Shown here: positions 49,301-62,400 of the stretch, one piece after another
Numbering within the stretch: the first letter of the stretch is position 1
How the letters are laid out: each line of letters starts with the position of its first letter
From: Flaccisagitta enflata
Taxonomy: Eukaryota
Assembly: GCA_965153355.1 (NCBI GenBank)
Contig: OZ231126.1
Location: forward strand, 27,528,001-27,592,000
Direction of reading: 5' to 3'
DNA: 64,000 nt
The notes under the pieces: model-generated
What the model saw: only the letters and a program-made list of their open reading frames with translations
Databases searched by the model: none
Told to the model about the DNA's origin: nothing
Made by a program: the position numbers and the translations under genes

Positions 49301-51913
49301 CAAGATGACGTTTGAGTGGTCCTTATACCTTAGGACTACCACAGTTAAAATCCCTCACACTAGGCCTGCAAGAAGTATGCTTTTCATTCTTTTTGTGGTG
49401 TTTTCCCGCCTAAGCTTTGAACATGTTATTGTAAACAGATAAATCTACGATGATCAGTTCTGTTAGCTGTTACTTTTCCTCACTTCCTCCGAGTCGGTGG
49501 TGCGTTTGAAGTCGAGCTTGAGTGTTAGGACCGCGATCAGTACCGTGATGATACACAAACTAGCGTTGATGTGAACGCGGTAGCGATACGATTCGTGGAT
49601 TTTTCCTTATGAAAGAAGAGATCATAGTTGTGCGTTTTTGGTGAATCATTGATCGACTGGGTTGTATGCATAAGGATTTTAACATCTCTGTCTTGCATGG
49701 TACTTACCTAAATGGGTCATTCCCATGCCGGAAATAGGGGAGAAAACCATGTATCCGGCTGCAGCCCAGGCACGAATAGAGCCAAAACTGCCTTGGTTTT
49801 CGCTTCTGTCCAGCACATTGAACGACATTGCATCGAAGAGGGAAAATATGGGAGCGAAAGAAAGATTTATCATCATCAGGCAGATGAAGGAATAGAAGAA
49901 GAGCATCGGGTGCCGTTCTCCTGGAAAGATCATCTCCGGGTTGCTTTCTGTCGCGCTATCGTTGCCACGGAGGTTGTTGCTGTTGTTGATGACCATCTGG
50001 GTTGTTCCAGCTGTGGTTGTTTGCGCTCGACTTTCATTCACTGGCGAAGAATGTACTGATTTCGCCGGGAGCAACAGCATCAATTCGTATCCGATCGCCC
50101 ACAACGCGATGCTTGTCGACATGACGATCTTATGAATGTTACATCTATCGGACAAGTAACTCAGCGCCAGCTTGGTGAAAAGGCCTAGAAAAGGCATCAG
50201 CCCTTGTATCAGCCCGATTTCCCACGTGTTCATTCCTGCGGTGGATGTGCGGATGGGATATGAAAGCGTATTTTGACATGAACAAACGAATGAATTTGAG
50301 ACGAGTTACCCCACCAACCGATACGTCAGTTAAATATTTCATCGCCCACCTAAGGAAAGTAGATAGTTTGGGATGAATGGCCACACTAGAATCATTCCGC
50401 CGTTGAAAATGAAGTAGATGAGTTTCAGAGGTACCGTTGTCTTGTCGACCACACATCTTGACCCGGATCGGTTGTTGAGCGGAGTATTTGGGTCCTTTGC
50501 CTCTTCTAAAGGATCAGTTTTGTCTGGGACACATGCCGCATTTGGTTCAGTGCTGTGACGGAAATGTTGTCTCTCTCCATCAGGAGTTTCCGAGTAACTT
50601 ATGGTCATTGCTTGGTTGAAATATTAACTTTTAATGTTGAAAATTTTGTTATCTGCAAATCTGTATGCTGACGCAATGAAACTAGATTATTTCAAAACTG
50701 TGGAACTGAACCTATGCAAAAGAACGTTTTGGTTAGAAACGGATGATATGATATACCGGGTGATCAGCCAGAACTGAGTAAATTTTTTGGACGCTGAGAC
50801 TGAACCACTGATAGTTGAAATGTGGGCAATAGTTTATCATAAAGAAAATTAATGAACATTTATATAAATTAATGAACATTTATTTATATAAAAAAAATCA
50901 ATGAACATTTATTTTAAGCCAAAAATGGATATTGTTACCCAAAAGGCTTGCTAATAATAGCTATATATGCTTTTTTCCATGATTGGGTATTAATGCTAAA
51001 ATTGAAAAAACTTTGGCAATTGACTTTTTTTTATTTACTTAATGTCGATGGCCTTTTGAGTATCTGTTGATTGGATGGAGCTTAAATCTGTTTTTCTGTG
51101 CCAAATTGACAAGTTTTTAATCCAGTTTTGAAGAAAACCGCAATTTTATATATAATATGTCTCTACTCTAAGTGAAATGACTTGACATCAGACAAGGATT
51201 CTGTCAAAACTGCATCAGTTTTGCAAATCGACTTAAACTGAAATATAACTTAGAAGGCTGTTTCTTTAAGATTTTAGGGCTATATCTTTTTAGATAAGTA
51301 AACGTTCAGCAATTTTGTTTTAATTCTAGATTATCCTCAACCAATTTTCTTTTGTATTTTAAGAGTAATAGCATCATATATTTACTCAATTAAGGCTGAT
51401 CACCCGGTAGGATTAATCTCGTGGTGAAATTTTGTTGCAGTCGGTCGGTTAGTCTGTCAGCGGTTTTTCAGCGTTTTGATTTAAGAACAGCTGTTTCACT
51501 ACTTTCTTTTTTTTTTTCAATTTTTCGCTTCTTTGGGCTTTGATTTATCATGTCACCATGGTTTTAACTCTTATCTAAACGTTAGTCTTATCGGCTCTCA
51601 TTCCCTAAGGCCTGACACGTCTTGAAAATTTTTGGAGCTAGCTTTTTGAACTTTCTCGTCAGATTCTTGGACTGTATTGATTCAACGTTTTTGGCGAACT
51701 TTGACCTGATGTGGGCAGCGGGCCAAACCGCCTTCAACCGGCTGAAACTCACTTGGAGTAAAACTGCTGGTTTTTGTGATTTGAAGAGTTGTCGAGGGGC
51801 AGCGGCCCGCTGAGGGAAGGATATTGAAGCGATTGGCCTCCTACTTCCTCTGCGCCCATTTGAACCATCTCCGCGCCGATTACGCCAGATGGCTGATCCA
51901 CATTATCCGTCAT
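40324..51913 (-). CDS. TPRG1L: Tumor protein p63-regulated gene 1-like protein (TPRG1L/Mover, FAM79 family)
   Basis: Exons 51913-51753, 41701-41559, 41366-41234, 40938-40810, 40684-40324. Motifs QFYSK|KPGALEES, GAWLLTEIDHWDVEKERIFILTE, KWNPWSKDIPF, ESFVGVAQVVHNQSLLGFFRERGGISY*. The four 3' exons are secure; the first coding exon is assigned from its phase-2 GTGAGT donor and its fit to the family 'EYFVFRPG' motif. Confidence 0.85.
42114..42460. repeat. Two tandem copies of a ~167-bp unit inside a repeat element
   Basis: TTCCTGGACTTGTG..TTTACATAGGGGAAGGGTAG..CCAATGTTGTTCAAACTTGTTGTGAAGG at ~42114 and ~42281. Confidence 0.85.
42740..43203. repeat. 22-bp minisatellite (GACTTCAAGGTATGCCMTCATS), ~21 units
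   Basis: Unit counted directly; no stop codon in any plus-strand frame, hence three overlapping spurious ORFs. Confidence 0.97.
43393..44017. repeat. 18-bp minisatellite (GGGTGAGACGGAGTAGCY), ~35 units
   Basis: Direct inspection; source of the SPGYSV, PSHPAT and RRSSRV ORFs. Confidence 0.97.
44581..45061. mobile_element. MITE with CACAGC termini and 5-bp TSD (Transib-like)
   Basis: CACAGCGCAATCTGTAGT..GACATTAATGCCCCGGG at the left, mirrored at the right; flanks TGTTT / TGGTT (4 of 5 match). Confidence 0.65.
45234..47048. mobile_element. TA-flanked MITE family C interrupted by a 1.66-kb palindrome
   Basis: TA|CACTTTT..TTATAAGAAC...GTTCTTATAAAA..AAAGTG|TA; intact copy at 61047-61473, left-truncated copy at ~59701-60105. 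Confidence 0.8.
45324..46988. mobile_element. 1.66-kb foldback element (almost entirely inverted repeat)
   Basis: TAGCTCACACATCTCTGGATACCCCCCCAAAGAGAATCG... is mirrored at the right end; arms ~750 bp with internal sub-repeats. Confidence 0.9.
47502..48038. mobile_element. Palindromic MITE just downstream of the MFS stop codon
   Basis: TGATCCACTTGTCACAAGACCAATTAAAG...CTTTAATTGGTCTTGTGACATGTGGATCA; no TSD recognised. Confidence 0.8.
48107..50608 (-). CDS. Major facilitator superfamily transporter, MFSD6-like (533 aa)
   Basis: Exons 50608-50350, 50235-49708, 49605-49484, 49173-49061, 48933-48783, 48677-48480, 48337-48107 (1602 nt, open). Motifs PLKLIYFIFNGG, LSDRCNIHK, SLFDAM, SFGSIRAWAAAGY, HGVTFGLMWAA, APSGMSATLQG, LGRGTGTLIGG; many hydrophobic helices. 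Confidence 0.9.
50756..51407. mobile_element. Tc1/mariner-type MITE
   Basis: TA|CCGGGTGATCAGCC...GGCTGATCACCCGG|TA. Confidence 0.8.
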
Positions 51914-52692
51914 GGTTTTAAGTTGGGTTCTTGGGCAATCTTCAGTATACGTACGTACAGGGTGGCAGAAAATTCTATAGGTCCAAGGCACAAGTTTTCG
52001 CAGCGCCTTAAGTCCGACTTTTAAAGATCAACTATTATTATGAAAATATTGCATAAAACTACTAATTTTCTGCAATATTCTTTTCAATTCATCAAAACTA
52101 AGAGTTCTCACAACAAAAGTAGAAGTGATCAAAACTAATACCCTTTCTATCCTTCTGATTTATTGATTTTCCACCTACTTTTGTCTTCTTTTCCATATTT
52201 TTTTTTCCATTATCAAATCTATAAGTCCAACTTTTGTGCTATAGTTCCGAGGCACAATGTGCCAAGTGTGCCCCTGTTTCTACCACCCTGCGTACGTATA
52301 TCATATAATTTTAAAATACAAATTATCCTTATGAGTTATGCCGAAGAAGCACTGGTCAATAGGATTTGGCTAGTACGTAGAACACTTTCAGATGCAATTT
52401 TTGACCTCCATAGTTGCAACGGGAACCAATGAAAGATGCACAATTCTTTCTTCTCATCCTATCTGCCTTTCTGCCTAAAGCCTGATTGGTTGAATCTTGT
52501 TCCTCGTTTCTTCCTGGGTCGCGTTTTCCTCCCCTCTCGAGCTCCGCACGTGCATGGTAACAACACATGTGTGCGTGTTTTAGGGAAGGATCACGAATGC
52601 ATTGTGATAGTGAAGTTCTCGCTTAGTGTTTTCAGTATACTAGACAACGTTGGCACTACCGTCCTGTTGTGGCGTCAGTTTTACTACCTGCT

Positions 52693-53303
52693 TAGACGTC
52701 CCAGAATAACTCATTTTACAGAAAAGTACTCATCCTTGCAGCCTTTCTGGGATATAAAACACTAAAGATTAGGAATTGAGCAGAAAAAAAATTTTTTGAA
52801 ATTCTTTTATGGCGGAAGTATTAGGCCAAAGTAGATATTAGGTCAAAATTTCAAAATAAGAATTTTGTAAATCTGACTGCAGATTCAGAATCCTTGCAAA
52901 AACCTGAGTGAAGAAAGTGCCCTTCTTTTTTGTTATTCCTTCAGGAAGATGGTCAAAATTGAGGTCAAAAACCCAAAAAAAAGGACAATTTCAAACAAAA
53001 GAACAATTTTGACCTAATCAAGATTTTCGAATTTAATTTTGACAATCTTCCTGATGGAATATCATACAAAGAAGAGCACTTTGTTCATACACTTTTGTGC
53101 AGTGATTATGAATCTGCAATCAGATCTATAAAATTCTCACTTTGAAATTTTGACCTAATATCTTCTTTGACCTAATACTTCCGCCATAAAAAAATTTCAA
53201 AAAATTTTTTTGCTGCTCGATCTTTAAACTTCAGTGTCTTATCTTCCAGAAAAGCCGCGAGGATAAGTACTTTTCAGAAAAATGAGTTATTCTGGGACGT
53301 CTA
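52693..53303. mobile_element. Palindromic MITE with TAG ends and 5-bp TSD (hAT5-like)
   Basis: TAGACGTCCCAGAATAACTCATTTT...AAAATGAGTTATTCTGGGACGTCTA; TSD CTGCT (52688-52692 / 53304-53308). Confidence 0.85.
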
Positions 53304-54057
53304 CTGCTGTATTGTTTAAGTGGTACCGGGAACGTTTTACTACCTGTAGGCGTTACTATGAACAATTGGTCAGGGGCTGTCAAATCTATTTCCTGCATAT
53401 TTTAGGAGCTGAATAGCTTATGCTTAATACGAGCTGATGATGTTAAGGGACACGCAGACCTAAACTTACACACCCATCAAGACCAAACAACCCACTCACA
53501 TCGAAGCCACGCAATCTCTTTGCCGAGTGACGCTCTCATTAAGATCAAAGCGTAGTACACAGCAACTTACATTTGGACGAAAACACGCACAATAGAAAAG
53601 AACCAACGGTCTGACAAGCACATCCTCCCGAGGGTGTTGACATTTAAACTCATGTAATTCATACTATCTGGAATTCTGGATAATGATTAGTGGATATAGG
53701 ATTTCAAAACAATAATCTTCCGTTAGATTATTTGCCCTAACCCCACTCATCGTCGTGTTCCATGATCATGATAGTCAAGACTCAAGACGTTCGGTTTCGA
53801 AGCACTGGGTCTCGCATGGTTCGAGTTTGAGCACGCAAATCTGAGTCATTTTGATCGCGAGATCCGCGGCGACTTCAGTGACTGCGATGACGACGATGAC
53901 GACGACATTAAAGACGTCGATTGCGGTTATGATCTAGTATCGATGATTTCTTTAGAATTTCGCAATCGTGGTTTCTGCCACCTTTTCGATGATGACGGGG
54001 AAAGCGATGACGTATCTCCTGTCCACGGATTTGGGGACAACCCACCAACGGAAGCAC

Positions 54058-54064
54058 TATAAAA
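54058..54064 (+). promoter_or_regulatory. Candidate TATA box of the ARF-like gene
   Basis: TATAAAA followed by GAGG, ~165 nt upstream of the ATG. Confidence 0.4.
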
Positions 54065-54225
54065 GAGGTGATGGATGATGAACGCCTTTATTTACCAGTC
54101 TTGCAAACTGCAAAGCGGATTGTCCATCGATCAACTATCATTCGTAGAAGTGTGCACAATTTCCCTCTCATTTTCCTCTGGATTTTCCTTGGTTCGCGAA
54201 TTTTTGTTTTTGGCGATTATCGAAA

Positions 54226-56088
<1,863 letters not shown>

Positions 56089-57670
56089 TCGAATACTTCC
56101 TCGACGTTCTTATTGCATTGTTTTCTGTCCATGACGCAATGATTATTGATAATTTCATTGCTCCATTGCCCTCACAGTATTATTTATTTATTAAAATGTG
56201 TGACTTCATTGAAGCCTCAGTCATCCTTTGTGTAAACGTGTATGGTAATCGCCTTCTTTCATTAGCAGATGCATTTCCACTGAGCACGCGCACGACTAGT
56301 TGCGTCCATTCTAATTTAGCTTTTGGAATATGGATTACCACTGCTGGACGGGGTTTTCGACATAAGCTAAGCTTGATATTTGTTCCCATTTCTTTTACAC
56401 TGTTGTTGCTATCTATTTAACTGGCCTCAATTGCTCACGATAATGCACGAATCTGAGTAAGCTGGAATCTAACCTCTCCTACACAAAAAGAAGAATGTTC
56501 AATTAGATTGGGTGATCGTAACTTTGGCGAGGGGGTGCGAAACTGAAATACTACTTAATCGAGTGATTGACGGACTGAGCTGTTGATGGTTTTCTCGATT
56601 AAGTGTGAGTGATTATCGGTTTTCTTTACCGATTGCCATTTTGCTCGATTGACCAATCACCAGTTTGTAAGATTGAGTGATTGCTAGACTGCATTTTTGT
56701 TCATTGGCTACGTGTAATTGTTATCCATGAAGATTACACGATTACCAGATCGCTAAGATTTATTAGAATGATTTCACATCTACCTAACATGATAGCTAAA
56801 TTGTAGTTGCCAGATAGCTTCATTTTGTGATTGGCGACTGTTCAATTTAGTATTTGATTGGCGATTCTTAGATTTAGTTTTTGATAGATTGCGTGATTGT
56901 AGAAGAAGAATGTTCAACGCTAAAATTTATTTCCCTCAATCTTTTTGTCTCCCTCATCTTCTAATAAAAAAACATAAAATGGTTCTTTCTGCTCTTCACC
57001 CGATCTTCAAGTCCCAAATGGAAATGCTAACACTGCAAAACCTCCCTTGATTGTATGAAATCAGTTCTGATGCGTAGAGCAATTCGTGCCTTTTTGTTTT
57101 AGAGAGTTTAGATTTGAGTTAAGGTTAGTTCCTCCGAGCCTCTCGTTCGTCGTCTGTTCCCTCGATTCTCCAACACCGACCTCGTCTTCACTCCCTCCAA
57201 ATTGAGATGTGGCAAATTTTGGCAAGTATGGAGGACAACTCACCCACAACGTACCTCGCAGGCAACAGGCCGGCGTCTGCGGAAAGTGAAAGCTTGCTCT
57301 CTTGACCACTGCTCTGATGAGTTTGCTCTTTTCATTTTGTCAATTCTTAGCGAATAATACCTAAATTACCGGGAATTTCCTCTAGCTGCTGTCTGGAAGC
57401 TATGATCTATGTTTTATTCACCAAATTTTGACGATTTTTAGGATTTTCTGCAAATTTTACACGAAATCTGAAGCATATCTGAATGCCTTATATTTTTTTC
57501 GACATTCGGGAGTGTGGTAATCTGAAATATTCCAATGGCAGAAGGCGGGGGGTTTGGGGGTCGTCCTTGCTAGTCTGTCGCTCCGTCGCATCCTCTTGTG
57601 TAAGGTTTTCTTGATACATTGAACTTTACATGAACTGTAGTATGCAGTATGTGAATTATGAGGCGATATT

Positions 57671-58095
57671 CAGTACGATGGGAGCAATAAGGGCAGTGCA
57701 AACTAGGCCCTTTATATTGTCACTGTTTGAAGAAAGAACGTAAAGCTGTATTAATCTAAAAGCTGATGGTCCAAGGTATTGAGTGAACATAAAATTGTGT
57801 GATTCATAACAAAACTGATAATTATTTGCAACTCATTGCATGTGGCTCGATAGCTCTGTTGAACTTAAGAGGAACAATTTCTCTCTCTTGAGTGTCACAG
57901 GTTCAAACCAAGAGAGGTCTTGCAATTTTTTTCTTTTTGGTCAACAGTTGCAGCTAGAGCTAAAGGTATAAAACTATATTCACTCAAAGCTCTTGCCTAT
58001 CAGCTTTTAGAAAAACCATAATCAAGCTACTTCAATAAAATAGTGAAGCAGGAAATGACCCTTCATCTGAGGTCCTCATTGCTCCCATTGTACTG
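57671..58095. mobile_element. MITE upstream of MED8, 4-bp TSD
   Basis: CAGTACGATGGGAGCAAT...ATTGCTCCCATTGTACTG; TSD TATT on both sides. Confidence 0.7.
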
Positions 58096-58315
58096 TATTT
58101 TTCCTCATTCCCAGTTGATCAAATTATAGTCGCGCGTACACGATTCTTTCATAACGCTCGTTGATGCTAGTTATCTATCAATATATAGGCGCTTATGGCA
58201 TTTCTTTCTCTGCCCTTAATGTCGGAAATCACAATCACGCTCCTCCAAGAAATTTGTGTATGCAAGCCTTGTTCTTTCATCTTCAATAAGGTTAAGAGAA
58301 GCAAACGAGAAAAAA

Positions 58316-59119
58316 ATGGCTGCTCCTCCACCGACCATTTCGAAAGAGCAAAAGCAGTTGGAAGCTTCGGTCGATTTGACCATCCAACGACTCAACGACG
58401 TCAAAAACTCGCTGCAGACATTCTTATTTAAACTGGAAAACGAGTCTTTGACCTGGACGTCTTTTAACGACAGTTTCGCTTTGGTCTCTTCTCAATTGAC
58501 AATTCTCAACAAGTCTCTGAAAAACGATAAAATGTCTCCTCTACGATCTTACGGACTGCTTCCGTTGGTTCTTTGTCAAGATCTCGACGCCGAGTTGCAA
58601 CGCGTAACGGAAGGCCGAGTACCGACGTTCAACCACGAGGTAGTACCGCATCATCTGCGTACGAAACCCGAGCCGGACGTGGAACAAAAAGAAGACTTGT
58701 TGGTCCGACGCATTTTCAACACGACGCCCGAAACTGGTAACAAACAAGTCAACAGCTTCACTCGCTTCATCAAGGGCATCGACGACACGGTGCGCAGCGT
58801 GGCGGCTAGTATGGACAGTCACATGAGCGAACGCAACGTCGGCACTCCGCCCACGCAAAATCCCAACGACACGCAAATGATGTTAGCGGCGTTGTCGAGT
58901 GGCAAAGGCCTGAAACGTGGCCCGGGGTCCGGCACTTCTACGCCCAGCGGGCATCAAGGGTCGCCCTTGCCCTCCAGTTCGAGTCCGACGCCCTCGATGA
59001 TGTCCTCTTCCTCAGGCGCGGCCACGGCCACCAGCGCCACCATGTCCAATAAGATGACGTCGTCCGTCAAAACGAATCTCAAAGCCGCCTCAAATCATAA
59101 TCCCTACTCGCGGAATTAG
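58316..59119 (+). CDS. MED8: Mediator of RNA polymerase II transcription subunit 8, single coding exon
   Basis: EQKQLEASVD, KLENESLTWTSFNDSFALVSSQL, TEGRVPTFNHEVVPHHLRTKPEPDVE, C-terminal VKTNLKAASNHNPYSR; first ATG of the frame at 58316. Confidence 0.95.
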   Translation: MAAPPPTISKEQKQLEASVDLTIQRLNDVKNSLQTFLFKLENESLTWTSFNDSFALVSSQLTILNKSLKNDKMSPLRSYGLLPLVLCQDLDAELQRVTEGRVPTFNHEVVPHHLRTKPEPDVEQKEDLLVRRIFNTTPETGNKQVNSFTRFIKGIDDTVRSVAASMDSHMSERNVGTPPTQNPNDTQMMLAALSSGKGLKRGPGSGTSTPSGHQGSPLPSSSSPTPSMMSSSSGAATATSATMSNKMTSSVKTNLKAASNHNPYSRN

Positions 59120-59470
59120 GATAGAGATGTTGGGTGGGGGGAGGGGGGTTTGGATAAGAGAAACTCTCATGAACTCACACTTCGTTCGACACATTTTCCT
59201 GTTCAGTTTTGTTCTTTGACTGAGCCACTCGAGGTTGCTGTCACTCTGTGTACACTGTCTTATGTCGATTTTCTTTGTATTCCTATCTCATTTCGTTTCA
59301 TTCATTTTCTTCGTACCGATCTTGCTTATCCAACTGTGACGCTTACATGACGGAATTGATTTGATATTTGTACATTTTCTCTAGAAAACTGCAGTGGCCA
59401 AGAAACCGATTCATTGATCTCAGACAATATTAAAAAAAACAAAAAAACTCAAAAACACAAAATTTTCAGA

Positions 59471-62400
59471 ATGGAATTTCTCAGTCGGACGTTTTGGTTA
59501 TTCCTACTCCTTGCCTTCCCCACATTCAGCTTAGTTTCTCAAGGTAAGTTCATTCCTGGTCGATGTCAAATGCTTTACAGATCGTTTCAATGGTGACCCG
59601 CTCGTTTTTAGATGCGTCCTCGCATCTCTATATTTGGGTCCATTGGTAGGCCGGTCGGTCGGTATCGCATTCATAAAAAGCCTCAGAATCTTTCGCCTGT
59701 CCTAGTTTATAAGAACATCAAGGCTTCGAATGGCCCCAAAATTAAGAACATCTTAAGAACATATAAAGGCTTCAAATCTTAAAAAGAGAAAATTTTGCTT
59801 GAAGTAGTATTTAAAAAACATTAATAAAATACATAGATTTTTGTGTAATCAAGATGATATTTCATAATTTTTGATATAAATACTATGAAACATCCTCAGA
59901 TGTTAATGTTTAGCATTTGTTTAACAGTGCTTTATAGAAATATATTTGATATAATTGAATAATAGTATTATTCAAGGTTTCCTATAGTTTACATAGTATT
60001 CCAAATGAATTAAAAACGCTCTAAGAACGTTGAATGCTTTATTTCGCCTTGAAAATAAAAACATGGAGCCTTCATAAAACAAATGACGTTGTTATAAAAA
60101 AAGTGTATTTTTATTCATTCATGCATAGATTCATTCACTCATGGAAAACGCTCATTTATTAGCAACTTTCATTCATCCATTCTTAATCAGCGAGGTGCAC
60201 ATACTGGGCCTAACTTTTCCTCGTTTCCCCACACTCTTCGTGTTACAGGTTCTCCCGGCTTTGCTCGCGCGGAAGAGGATGCTCCTCCCGGTGGTGACGT
60301 CGTTGAAGGAGAGGAGGAAGAGGAGGATGCCGCCGAGGAAGATGACGAGGACGAAGTGGAGGATGACGAAGCTACCGTAGAGGATGAAGGCGACGGAGAC
60401 AAAGCGGACACGAAGCTAACGACGGAGGTGAATGCCACATTATTGAGTTTTCCATGTTAATGTTAATGTTCCTCTATGGTTCATACCTTCCTGTATATGA
60501 TGAGATATCAATTTATTTTTTCATGAAATTTATCTAACTTTGTCACAAATTTCCTCTTTGATTTCGCTGTGGTTAGTGGATGCCAAGAAGGTTGCTCATC
60601 GGGGAAAAGTTCGCCACATAATATTTTCACACTATTATCTTCCCTCTACCAATAGGGAGAAGATGAGGAGGAGGAGGTTGACGATGGTTCCTCCAAATCT
60701 TCCCCCGACGCTGACGCCACAATTCTCTTCGTTAAACCGGGGGCCTCGCCGGCAGCCATGGCCGCCGGAAAACTCGTCAGATTTCACGTCGGTTTTACCA
60801 ACAAAGGTATAAATGTTATTTTAACAGGCGCGGGCAGAATGGTTGATGATTAGCCACTAAGCGTAGAACGCCTAACCTAGAATGGTTGATGAGCCTCTAA
60901 ATGGAGAAGGCCTAACCCATGACCGCCTATGAAAGAATGAACCGCATCCCTCTTGGATGTTTCCGTTTTGCTAGAAAACTACTACTGTACGCTTAGGTGA
61001 ACGGGTGGTGAATAGGGGGGGGGGGGTGATGGGAGGGTGACGGCTACACTCTTTTTTTTTTTTTATAAGAACCTAGTTTATAAGAACATCAAGGCTTTGA
61101 ATAGCCCAAAAATTAAAAACATCTTAAGAACATCCAAAGGCCTCATATCTTGAGAAAAGAATTTCACTAAAGGTAATATTAAAAAAACATTAAGAAAACA
61201 TTTGAATTTTAGTATAATTGATATGATATCTTATGATTTTTGAATAAATATCATAAAAACATCCTGAGACTTTAATGATTAGCATCTGTTTTATCAATAT
61301 TTAATAGAAATATATTTACTATAATTGAGTAATAGTATATTATAAGGTTTCCTATAGTTTATATCATATTTAAAATTAAGAATGCTCTAAGAACATTGAA
61401 GGCTTCATTTGGTCTTTAAAATAAGAACATGAAGCCTTCGAAAAAAAAATAACGTTCTTATAAAAAAAAAGTGTATTTATTTTTCGTGGTGATGAGATCT
61501 GGGGCAGTGTGTGGGTAAATTGGTGGTGATTAGGGGGTGACGGGTAATTTTTTTTTCGTGGAGGTGAGATCTGGGGTAGCGTGTGTACTGTTGAGGTCAT
61601 TGGTGTTTCAGCGTGCATGATCGCTGATTAGCTTAAAGTTCTCGGTCAATTAGGTCGATTAGGGCAACTGATTACTGTAATTGATGTTGCATCGATGAAT
61701 TACCTACCTTGTAGATCGAGGGACAATCCACGATTGATTTTTCGATTGGTGGATGGTCAATAAAAGTTGCCCTTAGATATGCTTATCGGGGAAAAAGTGC
61801 ATTAATCTCTCTCTAACAAAAGTGTCTGGAGAAGGGATCCATTGATCTCTCTATAACAAAAGTTTGCCAATTGTACAAAGTTGTGAGTGTGAGGGAAAGT
61901 TTGCCATTCACAATTGGTATTGTTCATTATCACCTCCTCAAAAAAAAATCTCAGGTGGTAAAGACTTCTTGGTGGAATCGCTGGACGCGTCATTCCGTTA
62001 CCCTCAAGACTTTTCTTTCCACATTCAAAACTTTACGACGGCCGTGTACAATCGCGTGGTGGAGCCCAAACGTCAGGCCACCTTCGATTACGCATTCACG
62101 CCCAACGAAGCCTTCGCCGGACGACCATTCGGACTCGTCATCAATCTTAATTACAAAGACGCTGTGAGTATACCGAAAACAAGGTATCTTTGCTATGGCC
62201 ATATGATGTGCATTGTGCAACTGCAGTGGGAATGATCAGCGATGTGTAACGTTTCTCTCGCTTAACTTAACTTGAATACTACTTGATAATGACAAATGGT
62301 TGAAATTTTGTTCTTTCTTTAGGATGGAAATGTTTGGCAGAACGCCGTTTACAACGACACCATCACCGTCAACGAACCCGATGAAGGCTTGGATGGAGAA

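Noticed and set aside
53775-54062. ~95-codon acidic open frame upstream of the ARF gene
   Set aside because: No suitable start or splice partner, driven by GAY repeats, and it overlaps the likely promoter.
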